Positions 37,690-46,654 of a stretch of DNA of 64,000 nt are shown piece by piece. Location of the stretch: positions 1 to 64,000 of the forward strand of contig NZ_MWQY01000005.1 in NCBI RefSeq assembly GCF_002087085.1. The letters run 5' to 3'. Under the pieces are notes generated by a model that had not been told where the DNA came from, ran no database searches, and worked only from the letters and a program-made list of their open reading frames with translations. The translations under genes and the position numbers were made by a program. Position 1 is the first letter of the stretch, and each line of letters opens with the position of its first letter.

Positions 37690-38841
37690 TCAATATTTTG
37701 AAACGGACCAGATATCCCGGTGGGGGAGATATACGGAACGTTCCCTCATGCATTCCAGGGGATCGATGGAATAGTAATATGCGGAGTCCCGCAAAATGTG
37801 CCCGGGGATTTCTTCCCACGTATCGAAGGACGCAGGTCCGTAGCCGGCGTAATGGATATACCCCCAGGGACCGAATTCCTCCTTCCGATAGACGGTAACA
37901 AAGTCGCAGGGAAGATCCCCTTCGTAATCCCCTTCGGCTTCCAGGGCAAGAATCTTTGTCTCGCAGCCCAGACGGCGAAGGATATCGTAATAGAAGAGAG
38001 CGAACTCCAGGCAGTCCCCTTCGCCTTTCTCGATAAGTTCTTCAGGCAGCAGGAGTGTTTCGTCCTTTTCAAACTGGATAAGACTGCCGACAACGCTGTG
38101 AACAGCACTGGAGAGTTCGGTTCCGCTCTGGAGAAGCCGCAGAACAAGTTCCCGCATTTTCCTGCTGTTGGTCAGGTACTCTCTGTAGTTATGTGTTTCG
38201 TGGGCGCGTTCGTTTTCTGCCTCCGTCAGGGCATACCCAAGGCCATCCAGGAGGCCCAGGCCGTCGTGAATCCCCCACAGGGGCTGTTCTCTGGAGGCCA
38301 CCAGGGCGGCGGCAAGAAGCACTTCGGTGTAATCGATCGTTCCCCGGGGATTCAGGAGATCAACTGCCTGGATTACCGTTACAGTGTAATTGTTGGCATA
38401 CTCTCCGCTGACAATCTCCCGCCAGTAGACGTTTGAATAATAATCACGAATAACCGATTCCAGCTCCGGACCGGGGGGATCAAAACGGTAGACGTTCTCG
38501 ATATTCCAGTGGGGAAATTCTACACGATAGGTCAGGTGACCAAGACGTTCGACTTTCAGCCCCTGGGTTTCGCCTTTGCCGCTGTTTTTCGTCATATCCT
38601 CGAGGTTCCTGATAATCCCGGCTTCCACCAGATACGCCGTCGGTTCAGGGCTTTGCAGGCCTGCAGGCATTCCCCGGGTAAAATCGGCAAGATCAACGGA
38701 TATGATACTGCTGCGGTCCGGGGCACGGCCAAGCATTTCGGGATCGGCATGGCGGTAAATTCTTACGGACTGTTCCTCTCCGCTGAGAAGAGCTCCGGAA
38801 CACAAGGCAAGTATGAATAAAACAGATGCAAGAGGTCTCAT
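37690..38841 (-). CDS. Exported protein with C-terminal transglutaminase-like domain
   Basis: Signal peptide MRPLASVLFILAL; GEGDCLEFA...LRRLG. Start set at 38841, overlapping the LysE gene stop. Confidence 0.65.
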   Translation of the reverse strand: MRPLASVLFILALCSGALLSGEEQSVRIYRHADPEMLGRAPDRSSIISVDLADFTRGMPAGLQSPEPTAYLVEAGIIRNLEDMTKNSGKGETQGLKVERLGHLTYRVEFPHWNIENVYRFDPPGPELESVIRDYYSNVYWREIVSGEYANNYTVTVIQAVDLLNPRGTIDYTEVLLAAALVASREQPLWGIHDGLGLLDGLGYALTEAENERAHETHNYREYLTNSRKMRELVLRLLQSGTELSSAVHSVVGSLIQFEKDETLLLPEELIEKGEGDCLEFALFYYDILRRLGCETKILALEAEGDYEGDLPCDFVTVYRKEEFGPWGYIHYAGYGPASFDTWEEIPGHILRDSAYYYSIDPLECMRERSVYLPHRDIWSVSKY

Positions 38842-39482
38842 CAGGAAAGTCCCTCCATAATCGGCCGCATACCGCTGATGAAAAAATAGATTCCAAAGAC
38901 GGCTATAAAACCGCCGCACAGACCGATCAGGCCACGATACAGACGGTCGCTCAGGAGACGTTTTCCCCGCCAGATGGTGACAGAAACAGCCGTATACCAT
39001 ACCAGGTCTCCCAGTACGTGGCCGCCGAAAAAGCTTGCCACCCCAAAAAATCCGGCATTCCCGGCCCGTAAAAGAAGGCCGAGGCCGATTGTTCCCCACC
39101 AGATTGTCCAGTAGGGATTGGAAACCGAAAGCAGCGCGCCGGTGCCTACCAGGGAGCGGTAATCCCGGGCATCCGTCGTATGCTGCGTCAGGGAGAGTTT
39201 CGGCAGACTGCGGAACATGGAGAAGGCCATATAGAACATGATACATGAACCTGTCAGCGAGATTGTCACAAATGTCCAGGTTCCGGTCAAAAAAGGACCG
39301 AGGCCAAGGAATATCAGGACGACAAGTCCGAGTTCGAGGATTCCGTGGCCCAGGATAAAAAGCGGACCTGCAGAGGGCCCCTTCCTGGCTGCGGCGCCGA
39401 TGGTCGCGGTCAAAAGAGGTCCCGGCATCATGGCGCCGGAGAAAGCCAGAAAAAATGAACCTGCAAAAAGACGTAGGTACAT
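38841..39482 (-). CDS. LysE-family translocator
   Basis: GAMMPGPL, GHGILE and SNPYWTIWW motifs; about six TM helices. Confidence 0.88.
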   Translation of the reverse strand: MYLRLFAGSFFLAFSGAMMPGPLLTATIGAAARKGPSAGPLFILGHGILELGLVVLIFLGLGPFLTGTWTFVTISLTGSCIMFYMAFSMFRSLPKLSLTQHTTDARDYRSLVGTGALLSVSNPYWTIWWGTIGLGLLLRAGNAGFFGVASFFGGHVLGDLVWYTAVSVTIWRGKRLLSDRLYRGLIGLCGGFIAVFGIYFFISGMRPIMEGLS

Positions 39483-39484
39483 GC

Positions 39485-40735
39485 TTAGCTCACTATACTC
39501 AGGCTCCGCCCGGGCTTCAATACCCTCAGAATCCAGGGACCGCATATTCCCAGGGCGAGGGGGAGTAAAAATGCAATCGCCTGCCCGACATCCTGGGAAG
39601 GCAGTCCAAAGAATCGGGTTACGATCATGATCAATGATGCATCGATACTGACAAGCCATGGAAGAAAAAGAAGAAAATCCCGAATTCGTATCTGCTCCGG
39701 GGAATTCTTCTTCCCGGGACGGTAGGGCACGAAGATACTGATCCAGTGCAGGGGATTGAGCAGGAGAAGATTCCAGTTTCCATGGGTAACCGCGTGGTCG
39801 GTGAAAAAAGAGAGGAAGAAGAGGACGCTTCCCAGGAGTGCCCCTGATACGAGGATCAGACGGAAGATGACTTCCACCAGTATGCCGGCCTTTCCCCGTA
39901 AGAACCTGCCTGCTATCAGAAATCCTGCGGCGAGAATCCCCGCACCAAGGGGGACGGGAAGCGGGTTTCCCGGCACCTCCGGTATGTTCCGTTCATGTTC
40001 CGGGAGGTGGACAATCCGGTCGGAGACGACTGCCTGCGTATCGGCATCCTTTCCGTCAGAGAAGCTGATCTTCTCCATATACCCGGGGATCTCGGAGGGA
40101 AGAAACATGGCCTCCCAGCCGCTTATTTCCTGATCGATATTACCGCTCATCAGAAACATGAGAAGCCACTCTATGAACCTGTTACGACCGGTAAAACGGC
40201 GGGTCTGAAGACGCAGGGTCATGGCGTCCCGGGCCGATGAGACCCTGCGGAGTTCTCCGTCGTAGGCATCATCCAGCAGGTCCCGTATACGGGTCGCGCA
40301 GTTGTCGCGGTAGTATTCGTAGAGATACTCACGGTTTTCAGGTAATACCCGCCGTTCCAGTTCCCGTATGAGCTTGAGCTTGTTTCCCGGGGGGAAGCGG
40401 AGAACCTGAATGCGGATTCGGCGGTCTTCCTGTATCGTGCGCCGTATGCCCGCTTCTCCGGAACTTCGGTAGCTCATGTACCAGAGCCTGCCGAGGATGA
40501 AGTTGCTAAGGAAGTTTTCCGTTTCAAAGGAAAAGACCCCGAAGTCATAGAGGTAATCTCTGCCCAGTGAATGGTCCTCCACAAGCAGGGTAATATGGCC
40601 CCACCAGAGGTAGACCTCGCTTCCGGGGCCGCTGGTTACCAGGGAAACGGTATAATCCTCTTCAGCCTCGGCCTGAATAAATGTACCGGAACAGATAACA
40701 AGGAGCAGAACAGCCGGGACGGCAAATCTACTCAT
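39485..40735 (-). CDS. DUF4105 / Lnb-like membrane protein
   Basis: GPG...WGH, YDFGVFSF and YxYxYYRDNCATRIRD; C-terminal TM helices. Confidence 0.8.
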   Translation of the reverse strand: MSRFAVPAVLLLVICSGTFIQAEAEEDYTVSLVTSGPGSEVYLWWGHITLLVEDHSLGRDYLYDFGVFSFETENFLSNFILGRLWYMSYRSSGEAGIRRTIQEDRRIRIQVLRFPPGNKLKLIRELERRVLPENREYLYEYYRDNCATRIRDLLDDAYDGELRRVSSARDAMTLRLQTRRFTGRNRFIEWLLMFLMSGNIDQEISGWEAMFLPSEIPGYMEKISFSDGKDADTQAVVSDRIVHLPEHERNIPEVPGNPLPVPLGAGILAAGFLIAGRFLRGKAGILVEVIFRLILVSGALLGSVLFFLSFFTDHAVTHGNWNLLLLNPLHWISIFVPYRPGKKNSPEQIRIRDFLLFLPWLVSIDASLIMIVTRFFGLPSQDVGQAIAFLLPLALGICGPWILRVLKPGRSLSIVS

Positions 40736-41807
40736 GCTTCGGCTCCTTCCTGTTCAGGACCGAAAGGATGTGGGAGAAGGTCATGCTCTTGAAAGGTTCC
40801 GCCTCCTTCAGGAGTTCGTGCCGGCCTCCCGGGATGCTGTATATCTGCAGCGTATCAAGCTGATCCTGGTAGAATTTCAGGTTGTAGCTGTAATCCACAA
40901 CCTTGTCCTGGTCTCCCTGAATGATTGTCAGACCCATGGGTGGAAGCCTGGTCTCTTCTATTCTGCTGTTCCAGGAGAACAGGGCCCGGACCCAGTCCGG
41001 CTGAATGGCGTCATGCTGCAGGGGATCCCGGTTTTCCTGAAAATCAAGATACTCCAGGTCGGAACTCGTTTTCTGATACATCCGCGGAAGGGTTTTTATT
41101 ACAGGATTGAAAATGGCAAAACCGAACTGGGAGAGTCCGTACATGGTGGAGCGCACAAGGGGTGCGACAAAGATGTAGTCCCGGATCATCTCTCCTCCCT
41201 TCAATCTGTATTCCAGAAGGGCCGCGCAGCCCATGGAGTGGCCGATGCCGATAAACGGGCCGGGCGCTTCCGGGGCGACAGTATCCGCAAGAGCGGCCAC
41301 GGCGCTTCCGTATTCCGAAAAATCGTCTATGTGGGTGGGAGTACCTGTCGAGAGGCCATGGCCGGGAAGATCGATGCCGGCGACAGCCCAGCCGTCATCG
41401 AGGAGCAGGGGAATCAGGTCCTGAAAAAAACCGAAGTGGGAGAGAAATCCGTGAATCAGCAGCACGGTTCCTTTTGCCTGCCCCTCGGGAAGGCTCAGGT
41501 GAGAGGCACAGCGGTACTCTCCGACTTTGATGTATCCGAACCAGTACCGGTTCCGGTTGAAAGCCAGTCTGTAGTAATCGAGGTATTCATCGAGTTCCGG
41601 AGAAGGTTCCTGCTGCCTGGAAAAAGCGGGTCTGCTCTTACGCAGCCTGATGAAACCTGTTATGTCACGGGATTTTTGCTGACCCATTGAAGCACAGCCT
41701 CCAAAAACAAATAAAGGATAGACACAAAGAATCAGAGCCAAAAGGGCCGCAGGAATACCCGTACTCTTTTTCACAGGGGGTATTGTAGATATGTAGCGGG
41801 GGAGCAT
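40728..41807 (-). CDS. Alpha/beta hydrolase (lysophospholipase-like), possibly a lipoprotein
   Basis: IHGF, DLPGHG, GHSMG, D and RHE catalytic elements; start uncertain. Confidence 0.85.
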   Translation of the reverse strand: MLPRYISTIPPVKKSTGIPAALLALILCVYPLFVFGGCASMGQQKSRDITGFIRLRKSRPAFSRQQEPSPELDEYLDYYRLAFNRNRYWFGYIKVGEYRCASHLSLPEGQAKGTVLLIHGFLSHFGFFQDLIPLLLDDGWAVAGIDLPGHGLSTGTPTHIDDFSEYGSAVAALADTVAPEAPGPFIGIGHSMGCAALLEYRLKGGEMIRDYIFVAPLVRSTMYGLSQFGFAIFNPVIKTLPRMYQKTSSDLEYLDFQENRDPLQHDAIQPDWVRALFSWNSRIEETRLPPMGLTIIQGDQDKVVDYSYNLKFYQDQLDTLQIYSIPGGRHELLKEAEPFKSMTFSHILSVLNRKEPKHE

Positions 41808-41899
41808 CAAGATCAGGGCCTGGCTGATCCCCCTCTTTTTCTTGACAAGGGGAAAAAGCAGCTTTAGCCTGAAAACAGAGAGGATGGAGGAACCAGTAA

Positions 41900-43399
41900 A
41901 TGAGCAGAGACTACATCGGAGCAATAGACCAGGGAACCACGAGCAGCCGTTTTATCCTTTTCGACCGACACGGCAAGGAGGTCGCCTCCAGCCAGAAGGA
42001 GCATACCCAGATATATCCGCGGCCCGGCTGGGTAGAGCATGATCCAGGGGAAATATGGACCCGCACCGATGAGGTTATCCGGGATACTCTGAAGAAAAGC
42101 GGGATCTCCGGTTCACAAATCGCCGCTGTTGGAATAACGAATCAGCGGGAGACCAGCCTGTTCTGGGACGCTGAGACCGGTAAACCCCTGAACAATGCCA
42201 TTGTCTGGCAGGATACCCGTACGGCCGGGATTGTGGAGTCCATGAAGGATCATCATCCTTTTCTGACCAGGAAAACCGGTCTTCCCCCGGCCACCTACTT
42301 CTCTGCGCCGAAGCTTGTCTGGATGAGGGACAATGTGGCCGCCGCCGCTTCCGCCATCTCCCGGGGCAGCGCCCGCTTCGGTACCATCGATTCCTGGCTG
42401 GTCTGGAAGCTCACCGGCGGAAAGTCCCATGTAACGGATCTTACCAATGCGAGCAGAACCATGCTGATGGATATTCAAAGCTGCACCTGGGACCGGGAAC
42501 TCCTTTCCCTCTGGGGTCTGCCTGAAGAGATCCTGCCGGAGATCCGGTCCTCCATTGCCGCAGAGCCCTACGGTACAACCGAGGCCGACGGTCCCTTCGG
42601 GGATGAAATTCCCATTGGCGGTATTCTCGGGGACCAGCAGGCGGCCCTTTTCGGACAGGCCTGCTTTTCAAAGGGAAGTTCGAAGAATACCTATGGAACC
42701 GGCTGTTTCCTTCTTCTTAATACGGCGGACGAACTGATCCGTTCAAGCCACGGGCTTCTGTCCACCGTGGCCTACCGCTGGAAGGACGAACCGGTGCAGT
42801 ACGCCCTGGAGGGCTCTGTCGCAGTAAGCGGGGCCCTTGTTCAGTGGCTCCGGGACAACCTGGGCCTGATAAAGAGCAGCGCCGAGGTGGAGGAACTTGC
42901 CCGGAGCGTCGACGACAGCGGCGGGGTCTATTTTGTTCCCGCCTTCTCCGGTCTCTTTGCCCCCCACTGGCGCTCGGATGCCAGGGGAATTGTCGCCGGC
43001 CTTACAGGCTATGCACGGAGCGGTCACCTGGCCCGGGCGGTACTGGAGGCTACGGCCTTCCAGACCCGGGAGATGATGGAGGCCATGGAGGGTGATTCGG
43101 GAATCAGCATAGGATCCCTACGGGTGGACGGAGGCATGGTCCGCAACGAACTATTAATGCAGTTCCAGGCCGATATTCTCGGCAGGCCGGTTATTCGGCC
43201 GGAGATTACCGAAACCACCGCCCTGGGCGCGGCCTATGCTGCAGGGCTTTCCGTCGGTTTCTGGAGATCCCAGGAGGAGATCGGGAAACACTGGCGGGAA
43301 GACAAGCGCTGGCTTCCGGTCATGAAACCGGCGGAGCGGGAAGATCGCTTTCATTTCTGGAAAAAGGCCGTGGAGCGAAGCAAGGGCTGGCTGGACTGA
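41900..43399 (+). CDS. glpK: Glycerol kinase
   Basis: [26 protein letters not shown] and KNTYGTG motifs. Confidence 0.97.
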   Translation: MSRDYIGAIDQGTTSSRFILFDRHGKEVASSQKEHTQIYPRPGWVEHDPGEIWTRTDEVIRDTLKKSGISGSQIAAVGITNQRETSLFWDAETGKPLNNAIVWQDTRTAGIVESMKDHHPFLTRKTGLPPATYFSAPKLVWMRDNVAAAASAISRGSARFGTIDSWLVWKLTGGKSHVTDLTNASRTMLMDIQSCTWDRELLSLWGLPEEILPEIRSSIAAEPYGTTEADGPFGDEIPIGGILGDQQAALFGQACFSKGSSKNTYGTGCFLLLNTADELIRSSHGLLSTVAYRWKDEPVQYALEGSVAVSGALVQWLRDNLGLIKSSAEVEELARSVDDSGGVYFVPAFSGLFAPHWRSDARGIVAGLTGYARSGHLARAVLEATAFQTREMMEAMEGDSGISIGSLRVDGGMVRNELLMQFQADILGRPVIRPEITETTALGAAYAAGLSVGFWRSQEEIGKHWREDKRWLPVMKPAEREDRFHFWKKAVERSKGWLD

Positions 43400-43511
43400 T
43401 TCCCCGGGGCCTCTGTATGTCCCCGGCATCCGTCGGGCATGCCGTTGATCGAAGCAGGTTCCCATGATAAGCTGACTCCGCCTATGAACACAAGAATCAG
43501 AGAGGGCGTGT

Positions 43512-45455
43512 ATGCTTAGAAGCCGGAGTATTTTTCCCGCGGCAGTTTTTCTTGCCCTGTTTTTTTTCGTTTTTTCAACTGATGTGAATGCCGAGAAGGG
43601 CGGATATGTCGAGCGGGGGGTTCCTGCCGGTGATTCAGGCTGGTACACCCTTATCCGGGAGGGGGGACTCAATTTTTTCGATACCCTCAGCGGCGATATG
43701 AGCCCTCTGAGCCAGGGGCTTCCCCGCCGGGTTGTCTATCCTTTTTCCGACGACAAACCCAAAGATCTCAGTGCCGTAAGCATAGATCCGGTAAATTCCA
43801 GGCGGCTGGCGGTAACTACCAATGCCCGGCTTTTCTTATCTGACGACAGGGGGAAGTCCTTCAGGGAAATCCCCCTGAATGAGCCCATTGCCTCTACAAA
43901 TTACCTCACTTCCGTCGCCCTCGGGCGGGATAAGCTTATCTACCTGGGAACATCCTTCAACGGCTTTTTCAGAAGTACCGACGAGGGAAAATCCTGGACG
44001 AAGCTCTCTGAAACCCTCCCGGAAATCTACAGGGGGGCGGGTTTTTATGAAGAGATCAGCGGTATTGCCGTGGACAAAGAGGGCCGCATTGCTGTCGGTA
44101 CGAGCTTCAGCTCCCGGATTTATCTCGCGGAAAGTGATTTAAAAGCCTGGGAAAGCGTCAGGTTCCCCTTCAGTGACGAGATAAAGGGGCTCTGGTTTTC
44201 TTCTCCCGCCGTCAAGCAGGATTCCGGAGGTGAATCCACGGACCAGGTACTGCAGGTATGGGGGACAAAAGCCATCTATTCATTCACTGCCGGAAGGTGG
44301 ACAAAAACTCCTCTGCCGGTGGAGAATACTCTGCCTGAACCGGACCCCGATGCAGAGACCCGCCGGAACAGGGCCGCAGATAAATACGGTATCTATATCA
44401 ATCCCGCCAACGCCTCGGGAGATAAGCTGACGGCCCTGCTGGATTTCCTCGTTCAGAACGGAATGAACGCGGTGACCGTGGACGTAAAGGATGACTTCGG
44501 CTGGATCAGTTACGATTCAAATCTGGAGACTGTCAGAAATGCCGGCGCCCTGCGTCCCCGTTTCAAGCTGGATGAACTGATAGCAGCCTGCCACGCCCGG
44601 GATGTGTACGTGGTCGGACGTATGGTGGTATTCAAGGATAAACAGCTCTACGATTACAGGGAGAATCGCTACGCTATATGGGACTCCTCCCGCAACGCTC
44701 CCTGGGGCCATTTTGTTCCGGAAAAAAATGAAGAGGATGAAACTGTCTATCGTCAGCGGGAGTTCTGGGTCGATCCGTTCAGTCAGGATGTCTGGGAGTA
44801 CAACCTGGCCATAGCAGAGGAGCTTCAGGCCAGGGGGGTTGACGAAATTCAGTTCGACTATATCCGTTTCCCCTCCGACGGGAACCTCTCCACAGCCCGG
44901 TATCGTCATCGACATGACGGCATGAGCCGCATAGAGGCTCTGGAATCCTTCCTGATCATGGTCCGGGAAAAAATCAGCGTTCCCATAAGCACGGACCTCT
45001 ACGGTTTTAACTCCTGGTACCGCATGGGCAACTGGATCGGGCAGAACATAGAGCTTGTATCCCATTATGTGGATGTTATCTGTCCCATGTATTACCCCTC
45101 CCATTTTCCCCGGAGTTTCATGAAGGATCTGCCCTATCTGGAAAGAGCGGAACGAATCTATCAGGAGGGTTCATCCCGTTCGGCCAGAATCGCCGACGGC
45201 AGGAGCATTATCCGTCCCTACGTACAGGCCTTTCTGCTCCCCTTCGAATATTACATGGAGGAACCGGAATATTCGGAGTACCTGGAGCGGCAGCTCAGGG
45301 GAACCAAAAATTCTCCCGCTTCGGGGTTTACCCTGTGGAACAACTCAAACCGTTACTACATGGTTACCCGGCCGCTCTATCCTTTTCTCAGCCTTCAGGG
45401 GGAGGCTGTCCTTGGAGACAGAGAACAGGCAGAGGTCCCGGAGATCCTGGAATAG
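43512..45455 (+). CDS. Exported putative glycoside hydrolase (DUF4015-like) with N-terminal Asp-box propeller
   Basis: SDDRGKSF and STDEGKSW Asp-boxes; VDVKDDFG, DEIQFDYIRFP and PMYYPSH. Confidence 0.78.
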   Translation: MLRSRSIFPAAVFLALFFFVFSTDVNAEKGGYVERGVPAGDSGWYTLIREGGLNFFDTLSGDMSPLSQGLPRRVVYPFSDDKPKDLSAVSIDPVNSRRLAVTTNARLFLSDDRGKSFREIPLNEPIASTNYLTSVALGRDKLIYLGTSFNGFFRSTDEGKSWTKLSETLPEIYRGAGFYEEISGIAVDKEGRIAVGTSFSSRIYLAESDLKAWESVRFPFSDEIKGLWFSSPAVKQDSGGESTDQVLQVWGTKAIYSFTAGRWTKTPLPVENTLPEPDPDAETRRNRAADKYGIYINPANASGDKLTALLDFLVQNGMNAVTVDVKDDFGWISYDSNLETVRNAGALRPRFKLDELIAACHARDVYVVGRMVVFKDKQLYDYRENRYAIWDSSRNAPWGHFVPEKNEEDETVYRQREFWVDPFSQDVWEYNLAIAEELQARGVDEIQFDYIRFPSDGNLSTARYRHRHDGMSRIEALESFLIMVREKISVPISTDLYGFNSWYRMGNWIGQNIELVSHYVDVICPMYYPSHFPRSFMKDLPYLERAERIYQEGSSRSARIADGRSIIRPYVQAFLLPFEYYMEEPEYSEYLERQLRGTKNSPASGFTLWNNSNRYYMVTRPLYPFLSLQGEAVLGDREQAEVPEILE

Positions 45456-45456
45456 A

Positions 45457-46635
45457 TCAGCTCCGCTTTTTCGGATGCAGCAGCCGTGCTTTGACCAGGG
45501 CGTCCTCGGTGTGCCTGTCCCGGATCATGACCACCGCCTCTTCCACCCGTTTCTTCCTGTTCTGGGGGTCCTCGAAGAGGTCCCCCTGCCTGGCGGCATG
45601 TACGGGTTCTATATTAGAGAGGCCCACACCTATAAGCCGTACCTCCCGGCCCTTTGACCAGCGTTTGGCGAAGAGTTTCAGGACCTCTCCATAGAGCTCC
45701 TCCGCCGAAACCACGGGAGATACAAGGGTCGTCTGGGCTGTGGTGGTTGAAAAGTCGGCAAAGCGCAGCTTAAGGACAACCGTTTTACCCGTAAAGCCTT
45801 CCCGCATCATCCTGAACATTACCTGGTGACTCAAATCCAAAAGGCCGGCCTTGAGCCCCTCTTCGTCGGCGGTATCCCGGCCGAAGGTCGTTTCGGTACT
45901 GAGGGAGCGGGATTTCGGCTCCTGCGAAAAGATACCCGGATCCCTGCCGTGTACCGCGTCCCACAGGAATTCCGCGGCTCCGGCACCAAGCTGACGTTTA
46001 AGGATTCCCAGGGGATACATCCTCAGAGAGGGAATGTCCCGGATATTCAGTTCTTCCAGACGCTGACGCCCCTTGGCGCCCAGCCCCCAGAGGTCCTTCA
46101 GCGGGAGCTGATCGAGGAAGGCCTCTTCTTCTCCTTTAACAACCTGGTACATTCCGTCGGGTTTCCGGAAATCACTGGCCAGCTTTGCCAGGTATTTGTT
46201 CCAGGCAATACCGATGGAGACGCTGAGCCCGGTCTGCCGCCGGACCTCCGCCTTGAGTTTCTCCGCAGCCTGAATGGGAGTGCCGTAGAGCCGACGTGTA
46301 CCGCTCATGTCAAGGAAGGCTTCGTCCACGGAGATTTGCTGAACAATGGGAGAGAAGTCGGCGAAAATTTCCATTATCCGCAGCGAAACCTCGTGATATC
46401 GTTCCATGCGGGGCCGCAGATAGACTCCGTCGGGGCAGCGCCGGTAGGCCTCCGAAATGGGCATGGCGGAGCGCACGCCAAAACGCCGGGCCGCATAGGA
46501 GCAGGCGGAGACAACTCCCCGATGACCGGGGAGCGCCCCGATAATAACCGCTTTGTCCTTCAGTTCCGGATTATCATGCTCTTCCACCGAGGCGTAGAAG
46601 GCATCGAGATCGACGTGGAAAATAACCGGTTCCAT
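45457..46635 (-). CDS. dinB: DNA polymerase IV
   Basis: HVDLDAFYASVE, SYAARRFG, SVDEAFLD and LAKLASD motifs. Confidence 0.95.
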   Translation of the reverse strand: MEPVIFHVDLDAFYASVEEHDNPELKDKAVIIGALPGHRGVVSACSYAARRFGVRSAMPISEAYRRCPDGVYLRPRMERYHEVSLRIMEIFADFSPIVQQISVDEAFLDMSGTRRLYGTPIQAAEKLKAEVRRQTGLSVSIGIAWNKYLAKLASDFRKPDGMYQVVKGEEEAFLDQLPLKDLWGLGAKGRQRLEELNIRDIPSLRMYPLGILKRQLGAGAAEFLWDAVHGRDPGIFSQEPKSRSLSTETTFGRDTADEEGLKAGLLDLSHQVMFRMMREGFTGKTVVLKLRFADFSTTTAQTTLVSPVVSAEELYGEVLKLFAKRWSKGREVRLIGVGLSNIEPVHAARQGDLFEDPQNRKKRVEEAVVMIRDRHTEDALVKARLLHPKKRS

Positions 46636-46654
46636 ACCGCCTGTCTGTAGTGTC

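Noticed and set aside
38842..39246. 518-aa version of the transglutaminase-like ORF
   Set aside because: The extension overlaps the LysE gene in another frame; the signal peptide starts at 38841.
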